Positions 15,034-28,884 of a stretch of DNA of 64,000 nucleotides are shown here, in pieces. The stretch is taken from positions 9,145,778 to 9,209,777 of the forward strand of contig CM082597.2 in NCBI GenBank assembly GCA_040954595.2, in the 5' to 3' direction. The position numbers and the translations under genes were made by a program. Positions within the stretch are counted from its first letter, which is position 1, and every line of letters begins with the position of its first letter. This DNA comes from Balanoglossus misakiensis. Taxonomy: Eukaryota; Animalia; Hemichordata. The notes under the pieces are model-generated. The model made no database searches and was not told the DNA's origin. It worked only from the letters and a program-made list of their open reading frames with translations.

Positions 15034-15819
15034 GATTTTTGATTTGATTTGGTTTCAGGGTGATTTCTCATGATGATTTACAAAACCTATGACTGATTAC
15101 TTTGAAATTTGAGTAGGAAGTTAATTGGATGTGTTTGTTTAGATAATGGAATCAAATAAAGTTATTCATTCTTCACCTTCATTCTTCACCTCATTTCATT
15201 TATTGGCTGGTTTGTCTATTGTATCAGGGAAGAGTACTTGCCATCCCACCCCACCGAAGCAAAATTTGAGTGGCAAAAGTAAAATTTGTCGTAACATTGA
15301 GTTAATTTGCTTTTGGGCTCACTAAAATGCAACTTTGAGCTCTGTATTTGTACAAAATTTTCATTAATTGGCTGGTTTGTCTATTGTACCAGGCCAGCAT
15401 ACATAAGATCAAGATGTTTTCGGGGCTGGGGGGGGGGGGGCATCATATTTTATTGCCTCTCTATGTGTGTGTCTGTCTGTCTGTACTCCTGTGTAGACTT
15501 TTTCTAGTGTAATCACTAAATGAGACCACAGTGTCCTTGACGCTATTTTTTGCGATTTTCAATGACCCTGGGGTAACCTTTGACCAGCTTTCATATATCT
15601 TGGTATTCACAGTAGAATACAGCCTTGGCATACCCTGGTAACCATGGGAACCGTTTGGGCCCAACCAATGGTGCTGGCAGCGTTAATTTTTAAATGATTT
15701 CTTCTTGTCGTTTTCTTTATCAATATGATGACTTGACCTAATCAGATTATTAAAATAATTTCATTCTTTTTTTACATTAGGTTCTTTGGTAACACTGCTG
15801 CTGGAGGGAGTGTAATATT

Positions 15820-16578
15820 TGTAACGACGTCGCCACCTAATACTGTACTGGAGGTATGAACTTAAACTTGTAACGACGCCACCACCTAATACTGTACTGG
15901 AGAGATGAAGTTAATACTTGTAACGACGCCGCCACCTAATACTGTACTGGAGAGATGAAGTTAATACTTGTAACGACGCCGCCACCTAATACTGTACTGG
16001 AGAGATGAAGTTAATACTTGTAACGACGCCGCCACCTAATACTGTACTGGAGAGATGAACTTAATACTTGTAACGACGCCGCCACCTAATACTGTACTGG
16101 AGAGATGAAGTTAATACTTGTAACGACGCGCCACCTAATACTGTACTGGAGAGATGAAGTTAATACTTGTAACGACGCCGCCACCTAATACTGTACTGGA
16201 GAGATGAAGTTAATACTTGTAACGACGCCGCCACCTAATACTGTACTGGAGAGATGAAGTTAATACTTGTAACGACGCCGCCACCTAATACTGTACTGGA
16301 GAGATGAAGTTAATACTTGTAACGACGCCGCCACCTAATACTGTACTGGAGGGATGAACTTAAACTTGTAACGACGCCGCCACCTAATACTGTACTGGAG
16401 AGATGAAGTTAATACTTGTAACGACGCCGCCACCTAATACTGTACTGGAGAGATGAAGTTAATACTTGTAACGACGCCGCCACCTAATACTGTACTGGAG
16501 AGATGAACTTAATACTTGTAACGACGCCGCCACCTTATACTGTACTGGAGGGATGAACTTAAACCTGTAACGACGCCA
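15820..16578. repeat. 50-bp minisatellite, about 15 copies
   Basis: Unit TAACGACGCCGCCACCTAATACTGTACTGGAGAGATGAAGTTAATACTTG, period 50 (15921, 15971, 16021). Confidence 0.97.
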
Positions 16579-16759
16579 GATGATGCTCCTGTGACCAGAG
16601 GGATGAACGACGCCATGATTTGTTGATCTGATCTAATTAATAATATTCATTCTTTTTTTTCAATAGGTTCATTGGTATTATCATCGCCGGAGGGAGTCTA
16701 ATCAATATCTACAACAACGCCGCACCAGATAACAATATCAAAACCAGAGGGATGCTGTC

Positions 16760-16940
16760 AATAGGTTAGGCTAATAAAAATGGTTTAATCTGAGGGAATG
16801 GTAAAGGGTTGGTGTATGAATATGTTAGGGTAATAAAAAATGGTATAATCTAACGGAATGGTGAAGGGTTGGTGTATAAACAGGTTAGGCTAATAAAAAT
16901 GGTATAATCTAATGAAATGGTGAAGGGTTGGTGTATGATG
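16760..16940. repeat. About 60-bp tandem repeat x3 at the start of a C-poor tract
   Basis: ggttggtgtat recurs at about 16807, 16867 and 16926. Confidence 0.85.
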
Positions 16941-17359
16941 ACTAATAAGACATTGTGCACAAGGGTACTATAATAAAACTGTCTGCAAGGGTATAATATT
17001 ATGGTTTCAAGGGTATGATAAGTAATTAAAATACTATAAAAACATGAGTAATGCCACGTGGTAAATAAAAACTGTACATGTACAGAGGGTAAATACCGGT
17101 ATAATATATAAAGGTGTTAACATCAATGGTGTAATAATAAAAAAAATGGGTAACACATGGTTTTGGTGGTATAATAATAATAAAATGGTATTAACTTGAT
17201 GGTATAAACATTATGGGATGTGTATAAACGGTGTTAATATTACAAAGGTATAATGATTAGTTGGGGTGTAATAATAAGAAATTTAAAATCATTGGGTAAT
17301 TTATTAGTGTCAGGTTGGGTAAAATAATTGTTGCTATGCATTCGTGTAATAATTGTCTG

Positions 17360-17557
17360 CGGATTTTTTGCAGCGTTACCCGCGTTCGCGTTCTTCATTG
17401 CAGGTCGCTCGTCATGTAATGGAATTTCGCCGTGTGCCCGTTTGATTCGCCGATGGATTTTTTACAACGTTACCCGCGTTCGCGTTCTTCATCGCAGGTC
17501 GCTCGTCGTGTAATGGAATTTCGCCGTGTGCCCGTTTGATTCGCCGATGGATTTTTT
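17360..17557. repeat. 94-bp CpG-rich tandem duplication
   Basis: cgttacccgcgttcgcgttcttcat...gatggattttt at 17374 and 17468. Confidence 0.9.
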
Positions 17558-18444
17558 GCTTTCGTCATCGTAATTCCCGCATCAACACGAATCCTCAATC
17601 TCGCGTAACAACAATACATCAAAATGTACACAGAAAAATAGGAGTCGGCAAGACAATTCTGGTTAGTTTGAGCCCCAACCTTTTAAAATTCACAACGGGG
17701 GAGGGGGCAGTTTTTCCTCATTTTATATTTGGCTCGAGGTTTTTAACTGTCCCCAGGCGCGTAAAGTTAGTTAGTTTATCACACAGTATGTAATTATCTT
17801 GCTTGATTTAAAAAAACACTAAAATTGTATGGGGGAGCTTCTTGCGATTTGCACTTAAGAAACTGATGGTTTGTACCCATAGATAATATTTAGTATTAAG
17901 CACATAATTGCCTGGAAATAAAAATTAACTCAAGGGTAGAATGCAACAGTTAATTTTGTGCAATATCAACAGGAGCTATTTTGGCACATTATTTCAGTTT
18001 GATAAACACTGTTTTTGCTTATTGTTTCATTTCAACCACTTTTGTCACCTTGTTTTAAATTGAATGCAAGCATTGTTTCTGTTTGACCACTACTTGGGGT
18101 AATTGTTCCAAATTGGTATGCAAGATATTTTACATCAGCAGTTAGCCATCTAGCCACACTTTAGCTGCACAGCATATGAAAAATAATGAAATTCATGCAA
18201 AAAGCAAAAAAGTATTATGGGTATAATGCCATTGCAGCATTGGCGGTTCGACTCCGTCGATACTTACTTTGAAGCATAAGTCTTCATTATTTTTCATATG
18301 TAATAAATAAAACTCTTCCAAATTCATATCTTTGTTTTAAGTTTGTGCTTTTGCTTCAGTTAGGGGGCCCACATTTACCAAACCTGTCTTGCCATCTTTT
18401 CACATTTCTTCAAATATGCAGCGCCAGCGGTAGGCAGTATTTGA

Positions 18445-21400
18445 TCAAATTGACCCACAAATCACTCAAAATTTATAGGCAGGATACTGTCCACTCTGGC
18501 CTGGTTACTGTCTGGCCTGCTTAATGTTGACGCAAAGGTTGACCCCACCAAACACTCAAAATTAATAGGCAGCATACTGGCCACTCTGGCCTAGTTAATG
18601 TTGACGCAAAGGTTGACCCCCACCAAACACTCAAAATTAATGGGCACGATACTGGCCACTCTGGCCTAGTTAATGTTGACGCAAAGGTTGACCCCACCAA
18701 ACACTCAAAATCAATGGGCAGCATACTGTCCACTATGGCCTGGTTACTGTGTGCTCTGGTTAATGTTGACGCAAAGGTTGACCCCACCAAACACTCAAAA
18801 TTAATGGGCAGCACACTGTCCACTACGGCCTGGTTACTGTGTGCTCTGGTTAATGTTGATGCAAAGGTTGACCCCACCAAACACTCAAAATTAATGGGCA
18901 GAACACTGTCCACTATGGCCTGGTTACTGTGTGCTCTGGTTAATGTTGATGCAAAGGTTGACCCCACCAAACACTCAAAATTAATGGGCAGGATACTGGC
19001 CACTCTGGCCTAGTTAATGTTGACGCAAAGGTTGACCCCCACCAAACACTCAAAATTAATGGGCACGATACTGGCCACTCTGGCCTAGTTAATGTTGACG
19101 CAAAGGTTGACCCCACCAAACACTCAAAATTAATGGGCAGCACACTGTCCACTACGGCCTGGTTACTGTGTGCTCTGGTTAATGTTGATGCAAAGGTTGA
19201 CCCCACCAAACACTCAAAATTAATGGGCAGAACACTGTCCACTATGGCCTGGTTACTGTGTGCTCTGGTTAATGTTGATGCAAAGGTTGACCCCACCAAA
19301 CACTCAAAATTAATGGGCAGGATACTGGCCACTCTGGCCTAGTTAATGTTGACGCAAAGGTTGACCCCCACCAAACACTCAAAATTAATGGGCACGATAC
19401 TGGCCACTCTGGCCTAGTTAATGTTGACGCAAAGGTTGACCCCAAAAAACACTCAAAATTAATGGGCAGCACACTGTCCACTACGGCCTGGTTACTGTGT
19501 GCTCTGGTTAATGTTGACGCAAAGGTTGACCCCACCAAACACTCAAAATTAATGGGCAGAACACTGTCCACTATGGCCTGGTTACTGTGTGCTCTGGTTA
19601 ATGTTGACGCAAAGGTTGACCCCACCAAACACTCAAAATTAATGGGCAGAACACTGTCCACTACAGCCTGGTTATTGTGTGCTCTGGTTAATGTTGACGC
19701 AAAGGTTGACGCCACCAAACACTCAAAATCAATGGGCAGCATACTGTCCACTATGGCCTGGTTACTGTGTGCTCTGGTTAATGTTGACGCAAAGGTTGAC
19801 CCCACCAAACACTCAAAATTAATGGGCAGAACACTGTCCACTATGGCCTGGTTACTGTGTGCTCTGGTTAATGTTGACGCAAAGGTTGACCCCACCAAAC
19901 ACTCAAAATTAATGGGCAGCACACTGTCCACTATGGCCTGGTTACTGTGTGCTCTGGTTAATGTTGACGCAAAGGTTGACCCCACCAAACACTCAAAATT
20001 AATGGGCAGAACACTGTCCACTACGGCCTGGTTACTGTGTGCTCTGGTTAATGTTGACGCAAAGGTTGACCCCACCAAACACTCAAAATTAATGGGCAGA
20101 ACACTGTCCACTATGGCCTGGTTACTGTGTGCTCTGGTTAATGTTGACGCAAAGGTTGACCCCACCAAACACTCAAAATTAATGGGCAGAACACTGTCCA
20201 CTACGGCCTGGTTACTGTGTGCTCTGGTTAATGTTGACGCAAAGGTTGACCCCACCAAACACTCAAAATTAATGGGCAGAACACTGTCCACTACGGCCTG
20301 GTTACTGTGTGCTCTGGTTAATGTTGACGCAAAGGTTGACCCCACCAAACACTCAAAATTAATGGGCAGAACACTGTCCACTATGGCCTGGTTACTGTGT
20401 GCTCTGGTTAATGTTGACGCAAAGGTTGACCCCACCAAACACTCAAAATTAATGGGCAGCACACTGTCCACTATGGCCTGGTTACTGTGTGCTCTGGTTA
20501 ATGTTGACGCAAAGGTTGACCCCACCAAACACTCAAAATTAATGGGCAGAACACTGTCCACTACGGCCTGGTTACTGTGTGCTCTGGTTAATGTTGACGC
20601 AAAGGTTGACCCCCACCAAACACTCAAAATTAATGGGCACGATACTGGCCACTCTGGCCTAGTTAATGTTGACGCAAAGGTTGACCCCACCAAACACTCA
20701 AAATTAATGGGCACGATACTGGCCACTCTGGCCTAGTTAATGTTGACGCAAAGGTTGACCCCACCAAACACTCAAAATTAATGGGCACGATACTGGCCAC
20801 TCTGGCCTAGTTAATGTTGACGCAAAGGTTGACCCCACCAAACACTCAAAATTAATGGGCACGATACTGGCCACTCTGGCCTAGTTAATGTTGACGCAAA
20901 GGTTGACCCCACCAAACACTCAAAATTAATGGGCAGAACACTGTCCACTACGGCCTGGTTACTGTGTGCTCTGGTTAATGTTGACGCAAAGGTTGACCCC
21001 ACCAAACACTCAAAATTAATGGGCAGAACACTGTCCACTATGGCCTGGTTACTGTGTGCTCTGGTTAATGTTGACGCAAAGGTTGACCCCACCAAACACT
21101 CAAAATTAATGGGCAGAACACTGTCCACTACGGCCTGGTTACTGTGTGCTCTGATTAATGTTGACGCAAAGGTTGACCCCACCAAACACTCAAAATTAAT
21201 GGGCAGAACACTGTCCACTACGGCCTGGTTACTGTGTGCTCTGGTTAATGTTGACGCAAAGGTTGACCCCACCAAACACTCAAAATTAATGGGCACGATA
21301 CTGGCCACTCTGGCCTAGTTAATGTTGACGCAAAGGTTGACCCCACCAAACACTCAAAATTAATGGGCACGATACTGGCCACTCTGGCCTAGTTAATGTT

Positions 21401-24400
21401 GACGCAAAGGTTGACCCCACCAAACACTCAAAATTAATGGGCAGGATACTGGCCACTCTGGCCTAGTTAATGTTGACGCAAAGGTTGACCCCCACCAAAC
21501 ACTCAAAATTAATGGGCACGATACTGGCCACTCTGGCCTAGTTAATGTTGACGCAAAGGTTGACCCCAAAAAACACTCAAAATTAATGGGCAGCACACTG
21601 TCCACTACGGCCTGGTTACTGTGTGCTCTGGTTAATGTTGACGCAAAGGTTGACCCCACCAAACACTCAAAATTAATGGGCAGAACACTGTCCACTATGG
21701 CCTGGTTACTGTGTGCTCTGGTTAATGTTGACGCAAAGGTTGACCCCACCAAACACGCAAAATTAATGGGCAGAACACTGTCCACTACAGCCTGGTTATT
21801 GTGTGCTCTGGTTAATGTTGACGCAAAGGTTGACGCCACCAAACACTCAAAATCAATGGGCAGCATACTGTCCACTATGGCCTGGTTACTGTGTGCTCTG
21901 GTTAATGTTGACGCAAAGGTTGACCCCACCAAACACTCAAAATTAATGGGCAGAACACTGTCCACTATGGCCTGGTTACTGTGTGCTCTGGTTAATGTTG
22001 ACGCAAAGGTTGACCCCACCAAACACTCAAAATTAATGGGCAGCACACTGTCCACTATGGCCTGGTTACTGTGTGCTCTGGTTAATGTTGACGCAAAGGT
22101 TGACCCCACCAAACACTCAAAATTAATGGGCAGAACACTGTCCACTACGGCCTGGTTACTGTGTGCTCTGGTTAATGTTGACGCAAAGGTTGACCCCACC
22201 AAACACTCAAAATTAATGGGCAGAACACTGTCCACTACGGCCTGGTTACTGTGTGCTCTGGTTAATGTTGACGCAAAGGTTGACCCCACCAAACACTCAA
22301 AATTAATGGGCAGAACACTGTCCACTACGGCCTGGTTACTGTGTGCTCTGGTTAATGTTGACGCAAAGGTTGACCCCACCAAACACTCAAAATTAATGGG
22401 CAGAACACTGTCCACTATGGCCTGGTTACTGTGTGCTCTGGTTAATGTTGACGCAAAGGTTGACCCCACCAAACACTCAAAATTAATGGGCAGCACACTG
22501 TCCACTATGGCCTGGTTACTGTGTGCTCTGGTTAATGTTGACGCAAAGGTTGACCCCACCAAACACTCAAAATTAATGGGCAGAACACTGTCCACTACGG
22601 CCTGGTTACTGTGTGCTCTGGTTAATGTTGACGCAAAGGTTGACCCCCACCAAACACTCAAAATTAATGGGCACGATACTGGCCACTCTGGCCTAGTTAA
22701 TGTTGACGCAAAGGTTGACCCCACCAAACACTCAAAATTAATGGGCACGATACTGGCCACTCTGGCCTAGTTAATGTTGACGCAAAGGTTGACCCCACCA
22801 AACACTCAAAATTAATGGGCACGATACTGGCCACTCTGGCCTAGTTAATGTTGACGCAAAGGTTGACCCCACCAAACACTCAAAATTAATGGGCACGATA
22901 CTGGCCACTCTGGCCTAGTTAATGTTGACGCAAAGGTTGACCCCACCAAACACTCAAAATTAATGGGCAGAACACTGTCCACTACGGCCTGGTTACTGTG
23001 TGCTCTGGTTAATGTTGACGCAAAGGTTGACCCCACCAAACACTCAAAATTAATGGGCAGAACACTGTCCACTATGGCCTGGTTACTGTGTGCTCTGGTT
23101 AATGTTGACGCAAAGGTTGACCCCACCAAACACTCAAAATTAATGGGCAGCACACTGTCCACTATGGCCTGGTTACTGTGTGCTCTGGTTAATGTTGACG
23201 CAAAGGTTGACCCCACCAAACACTCAAAATTAATGGGCAGAACACTGTCCACTACGGCCTGGTTACTGTGTGCTCTGGTTAATGTTGACGCAAAGGTTGA
23301 CCCCCACCAAACACTCAAAATTAATGGGCACGATACTGGCCACTCTGGCCTAGTTAATGTTGACGCAAAGGTTGACCCCACCAAACACTCAAAATTAATG
23401 GGCACGATACTGGCCACTCTGGCCTAGTTAATGTTGACGCAAAGGTTGACCCCACCAAACACTCAAAATTAATGGGCACGATACTGGCCACTCTGGCCTA
23501 GTTAATGTTGACGCAAAGGTTGACCCCACCAAACACTCAAAATTAATGGGCACGATACTGGCCACTCTGGCCTAGTTAATGTTGACGCAAAGGTTGACCC
23601 CACCAAACACTCAAAATTAATGGGCAGAACACTGTCCACTACGGCCTGGTTACTGTGTGCTCTGGTTAATGTTGACGCAAAGGTTGACCCCACCAAACAC
23701 TCAAAATTAATGGGCAGAACACTGTCCACTATGGCCTGGTTACTGTGTGCTCTGGTTAATGTTGACGCAAAGGTTGACCCCACCAAACACTCAAAATTAA
23801 TGGGCAGAACACTGTCCACTACGGCCTGGTTACTGTGTGCTCTGGTTAATGTTGACGCAAAGGTTGACCCCACCAAACACTCAAAATTAATGGGCACGAT
23901 ACTGGCCACTCTGGCCTAGTTAATGTTGACGCAAAGGTTGACCCCACCAAACACTCAAAATTAATGGGCACGATACTGGCCACTCTGGCCTAGTTAATGT
24001 TGACGCAAAGGTTGACCCCACCAAACACTCAAAATTAATGGGCACGATACTGGCCACTCTGGCCTAGTTAATGTTGACGCAAAGGTTGACCCCACCAAAC
24101 ACTCAAAATTAATGGGCACGATACTGGCCACTCTGGCCTAGTTAATGTTGACGCAAAGGTTGACCCCACCAAACACTCAAAATTAATGGGCAGAACACTG
24201 TCCACTACGGCCTGGTTACTGTGTGCTCTGGTTAATGTTGACGCAAAGGTTGACCCCACCAAACACTCAAAATTAATGGGCAGAACACTGTCCACTATGG
24301 CCTGGTTACTGTGTGCTCTGGTTAATGTTGACGCAAAGGTTGACCCCACCAAACACTCAAAATTAATGGGCAGAACACTGTCCACTACGGCCTGGTTACT

Positions 24401-26908
24401 GTGTGCTCTGATTAATGTTGACGCAAAGGTTGACCCCACCAAACACTCAAAATTAATGGGCAGAACACTGTCCACTATGGCCTGGTTACTCTGTGCTCTG
24501 GTTAATGTTGACGCAAAGGTTGACCCCACCAAACACTCAAAATTAATGGGCAGCACACTGTCCACTACGGCCTGGTTACTGTGTGCTCTGGTTAATGTTG
24601 ACGCAAAGGTTGACCCCACCAAACACTCAAAATTAATGGGCAGAACACTGTCCACTACGGCCTGGTTACTGTGTGCTCTGGTTAATGTTGACGCAAAGGT
24701 TGACCCCACCAAACACTCAAAATTAATGGGCAGAACACTGTCCACTATGGCCTGGTTACTGTGTGCTCTGGTTAATGTTGACGCAAAGGTTGACCCCACC
24801 AAACACTCAAAATTAATGGGCAGAACACTGTCCACTACGGCCTGGTTACTGTGTGCTCTGGTTAATGTTGACGCAAAGGTTGACCCCACCAAACACTCAA
24901 AATTAATGGGCAGAACACTGTCCACTACGGCCTGGTTACTGTGTGCTCTGGTTAATGTTGACGCAAAGGTTGACCCCACCAAACACTCAAAATTAATGGG
25001 CAGAACACTGTCCACTATGGCCTGGTTACTGTGTGCTCTGGTTAATGTTGACGCAAAGGTTGACCCCACCAAACACTCAAAATTAATGGGCAGCACACTG
25101 TCCACTATGGCCTGGTTACTGTGTGCTCTGGTTAATGTTGACGCAAAGGTTGACCCCACCAAACACTCAAAATTAATGGGCAGAACACTGTCCACTACGG
25201 CCTGGTTACTGTGTGCTCTGGTTAATGTTGACGCAAAGGTTGACCCCACCAAACACTCAAAATTAATGGGCAGAACACTGTCCACTACGGCCTGGTTACT
25301 GTGTGCTCTGGTTAATGTTGACGCAAAGGTTGACCCCACCAAACACTCAAAATTAATGGGCAGAACACTGTCCACTACGGCCTGGTTACTGTGTGCTCTG
25401 GTTAATGTTGACGCAAAGGTTGACCCCACCAAACACTCAAAATTAATGGGCAGAACACTGTCCACTACGGCCTGGTTACTGTGTGCTCTGGTTAATGTTG
25501 ACGCAAAGGTTGACCCCACCAAACACTCAAAATTAATGGGCAGCACACTGTCCACTATGGCCTGGTTACTGTGTGCTCTGGTTAATGTTGACGCAAAGGT
25601 TGACCCCACCAAACACTCAAAATTAATGGGCAGAACACTGTCCACTACGGCCTGGTTACTGTGTGCTCTGGTTAATGTTGACGCAAAGGTTGACCCCCAT
25701 CAAACACTCAAAATTAATGGGCACGATACTGGCCACTCTGGCCTGGTTACTGTGTGCTCTGGTTAATGTTGACGCAAAGGTTGACCCCACCAAACACTCA
25801 AAATTAATGGGCAGAACACTGTCCACTACGGCCTGGTTACTGTGTGCTCTGGTTAATGTTGACGCAAAGGTTGACCCCACCAAACACTCAAAATTAATGG
25901 GCAGAACACTGTCCACTACGGCCTGGTTACTGTGTGCTCTGGTTAATGTTGACGCAAAGGTTGACCCCACCAAACACTCAAAATTAATGGGCAGAACACT
26001 GTCCACTATGGCCTGGTTACTGTGTGCTCTGGTTAATGTTGACGCAAAGGTTGACCCCACCAAACACTCAAAATTAATGGGCAGAACACTGTCCACTACG
26101 GCCTGGTTACTGTGTGCTCTGGTTAATGTTGACGCAAAGGTTGACCCCACCAAACACTCAAAATTAATGGGCAGCACACTGTCCACTATGGCCTGGTTAC
26201 TGTGTGCTCTGGTTAATGTTGACGCAAAGGTTGACCCCACCAAACACTCAAAATTAATGGGCAGAACACTGTCCACTACGGCCTGGTTACTGTGTGCTCT
26301 GGTTAATGTTGACGCAAAGGTTGACCCCACCAAACACTCAAAATTAATGGGCAGAACACTGTCCACTACGGCCTGGTTACTGTGTGCTCTGGTTAATGTT
26401 GACGCAAAGGTTGACCCCACCAAACACTCAAAATTAATGGGCAGAACACTGTCCACTACGGCCTGGTTACTGTGTGCTCTGGTTAATGTTGACGCAAAGG
26501 TTGACCCCACCAAACACTCAAAATTAATGGGCAGAACACTGTCCACTACGGCCTGGTTACTGTGTGCTCTGGTTAATGTTGACGCAAAGGTTGACCCCAC
26601 CAAACACTCAAAATTAATGGGCAGCACACTGTCCACTATGGCCTGGTTACTGTGTGCTCTGGTTAATGTTGACGCAAAGGTTGACCCCACCAAACACTCA
26701 AAATTAATGGGCACGATACTGGCCACTCTGGCCTAGTTAATGTTGACGCAAAGGTTGACCCCACCAAACACTCAAAATTAATGGGCACGATACTGGCCAC
26801 TCTGGCCTAGTTAATGTTGACGCAAAGGTTGACCCCACCAAACACTCAAAATTAATGGGCACGATACTGGCCACTCTGGCCTGGTTACTGTGTGCTCTGG
26901 TTAATGTT
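18445..26908. repeat. Satellite of interspersed 90-bp and 74/75-bp units
   Basis: Shared core GTTAATGTTGACGCAAAGGTTGACCCCACCAAACACTCAAAATTAATGGGCA with two alternative tails; roughly 100 units. Confidence 0.98.
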
Positions 26909-27141
26909 AATGGTAGGTCGTGGCTGTCTCATTTCAGGGATTTGTGGACTAAATGTCAATCTTTGTACTATTCGTACATGAAACTTTTCTTTCAAATACA
27001 ACTTACAGACCAACATAGACAGTCATGCTTATATAAGTATGACTATCTATTAAAGTAACATTCATATCATGATTGTTGTTTTACACTGTGTTTTCAAAGT
27101 AATTGTTGCAGTAAACCAATTGCCTTGCTTGGAAATATTAA

Positions 27142-27248
27142 AAGGGAAGTCCTGTCCAGCTGATTTATGCATAATTTCTACACAATGTTTTTTTCTGAAA
27201 GAATGACCTCAAAGCTACCCAATTATGTAGCTGAACCGGACTTCCCCT
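27142..27248. mobile_element. Short TTAA-flanked MITE (Kolobok-like)
   Basis: TTAA|AAGGGAAGTCC...GGACTTCCCCT|TTAA; a related end lies at about 30800-30882. Confidence 0.75.
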
Positions 27249-27545
27249 TTAAATGCTACCAGTGAGCTTGTTTGTCTTTGTAAATACACTCAAGTATTAA
27301 TCCCCTTTTTCTCAGAATTCAATGCATCTTCATGCCATGAGGTGAGAGGACACTTTTGTTAGCAGGAGGGAAACAAATCCAAAATAAATAATAACAGTGC
27401 AAAGTTGGTCTGCTGACTTTCTCCACATTTCATTATTGAATTACGGCAAAATTATGAAATCCAATTATGAAATTCAGCTTTTTGTCCACTTTTTGTTGCT
27501 GCAAATTCATTGCGGTATAAAGGTCAATAATATGACAAATCTTGG

Positions 27546-27738
27546 TTAAAAGTATACAGTCACCTTCAATACACATTCCCATATATGGCTGAATGGCGTA
27601 TTTGAGCATTCTAAAGAACATATGGTGGCGCCTGTTTTCCACGTGTGCCACCAAATGAAAATCTGTGATTGGCTAGATTTCAATTTTCCATGGTAACTAT
27701 ATATAGCTAATTTTCCATGGGTGATCATATACCTTTAA
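27546..27738. mobile_element. TTAA-flanked MITE
   Basis: TTAAAAGTATACAGTCACC...GGTGATCATATACCTTTAA; a related inverted copy starts at 42841. Confidence 0.7.
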
Positions 27739-27763
27739 CTCTATAGTTTAACATGATACTTAC

Positions 27764-27949
27764 GAACACATGATTGGTTAAAAGTGTAGACATCATACAT
27801 TGAGAGACCAGTTTCTCCAGGTGGCAGATAGAATCCACCTGTGCCGTTATTTGCATATAAGAGATAGCCTTCTTCACAGGAACATTGAAAACCACCTGCA
27901 GTGTTTTTACAAAGTTGATCACAAGAATGTGAAGCACATTCATTTATAT
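27764..27949 (-). pseudogene. Exon: calcium-binding EGF with Uninflatable-type extension
   Basis: ttgtag acceptor, gtaagt donor, 186 bp; DINECASHSCDQLCKNTAGGFQCSCEEGYLLYANNGTGG...NQSCV. Confidence 0.92.
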
Positions 27950-28470
27950 CTACAAAGAAGGAACATGGATTGGATTAAAACAATGTACGTTCAGTAAAAT
28001 TGAAAGTATTGTCATTTCTTTTAATCGTGAATTTTGGGATTATCTTGTGTACGTACAAGATGAATCTGTGATAAAATAAAGGCGTCACCTTGCTTGCTTT
28101 TGAAATACAAGGCCATTAATTTAGTTGATAATAGAAGAAACCTGCGGACTCAGCATGGTTCACCAATGGTTTGTCTATGGACAAAAACCTTAAAGAAATT
28201 TATCTCAAAATAGAGCATTGTAATCACACAATTTTATTTGACCAATGAATTTATATTTACTAGACTGAGCTATGTGTAAAATTTCGTGAAAATGACAATA
28301 GTAGAAGTTTGTTTTCTAGCAATTATCAATGTAATCCTATGAGAAAAAGACACCTGAGATTAAAAGGTCATTCCAAAAATTTATCCGGAATTCTGAAATA
28401 AGTTCGGAATGTGTTAAATGTGAAAATAGTGACTTGAAGTTATGTTGCAAGTGACTTGTTTATGTCTCAC

Positions 28471-28599
28471 CTTTGCATGCTGTTCCATTCACATCTGGTT
28501 CAAATCCCACCAAACATGCACACTGATAGTCACCATCTCTATTTTCACAGACTTGATTGATTCCACACAGTGCCACCAATGTACTACATTCATTGATAT
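28471..28599 (-). pseudogene. Exon: calcium-binding EGF (DINECSTLVALCGINQVCENRDGDYQCACLVGF...CK)
   Basis: tttcag acceptor, gtgaga donor, 129 bp. Confidence 0.92.
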
Positions 28600-28687
28600 C
28601 TGAAATGTTATTCATCAAGATATGATCAAAATCCCACAGGTCCGCTGGTAAATTCAGACCAACAAGTTTAGCTGGGAACCACCAGAC

Positions 28688-28884
28688 CAACAGGAAATTT
28701 TCACAAACAAATTTTCGCGAACTATGCAAGAGCCAAAAAAAAAAAGACATTTTTGCGTAAAAAACTATTTTCAGTGATAACAATGTAGTGAAATACGAGA
28801 ACATGAAAATTAATCGTCTCATAACAGTTTCTGCTTTTGATATCGCAAAAAATTTCTTTGTCGCGAAAATTTCCTGTTTTACAG
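28688..28884. mobile_element. Family A MITE, left end eroded
   Basis: Ends CGCGAAAATTTCCTGTTTTACAG|TA. Confidence 0.7.

Larger units (their letters stand above)
503..15120 (+). mobile_element. Cluster of degenerate non-autonomous repeats resembling Helentron-associated elements (HINE/DINE-1-like)
   Basis: A module recurs at about 503, 1023, 7688, 8182 and 10210: T-run, hairpin taggtcccat...atgggacct, (TGTA/TGTC)n microsatellite, then a body with aaatatgcaaattagctgg. 13255-13655 is repeated at 14370-14735. The family assignment is inferred from architecture. Confidence 0.6.

Noticed and set aside
14738-15052. (AAATC)n and (GATTT)n as TIRs around the L2 fragment
   Set aside because: The left run is the LINE tail; the right run matches host repeat sequence also present near 14322-14350.
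15820-16578. CRISPR array
   Set aside because: Head-to-tail near-identical 50-mers with no spacers.
18521-26736. Long ORFs (up to 526 aa) on both strands
   Set aside because: By-product of a 90-bp unit lacking stops in one frame per strand; 74-bp units break the frames; no splice signals or domain similarity.
18445-26908. CRISPR-like constant core plus variable segment
   Set aside because: Only two near-invariant tails rather than unique spacers; no cas genes; eukaryotic context.
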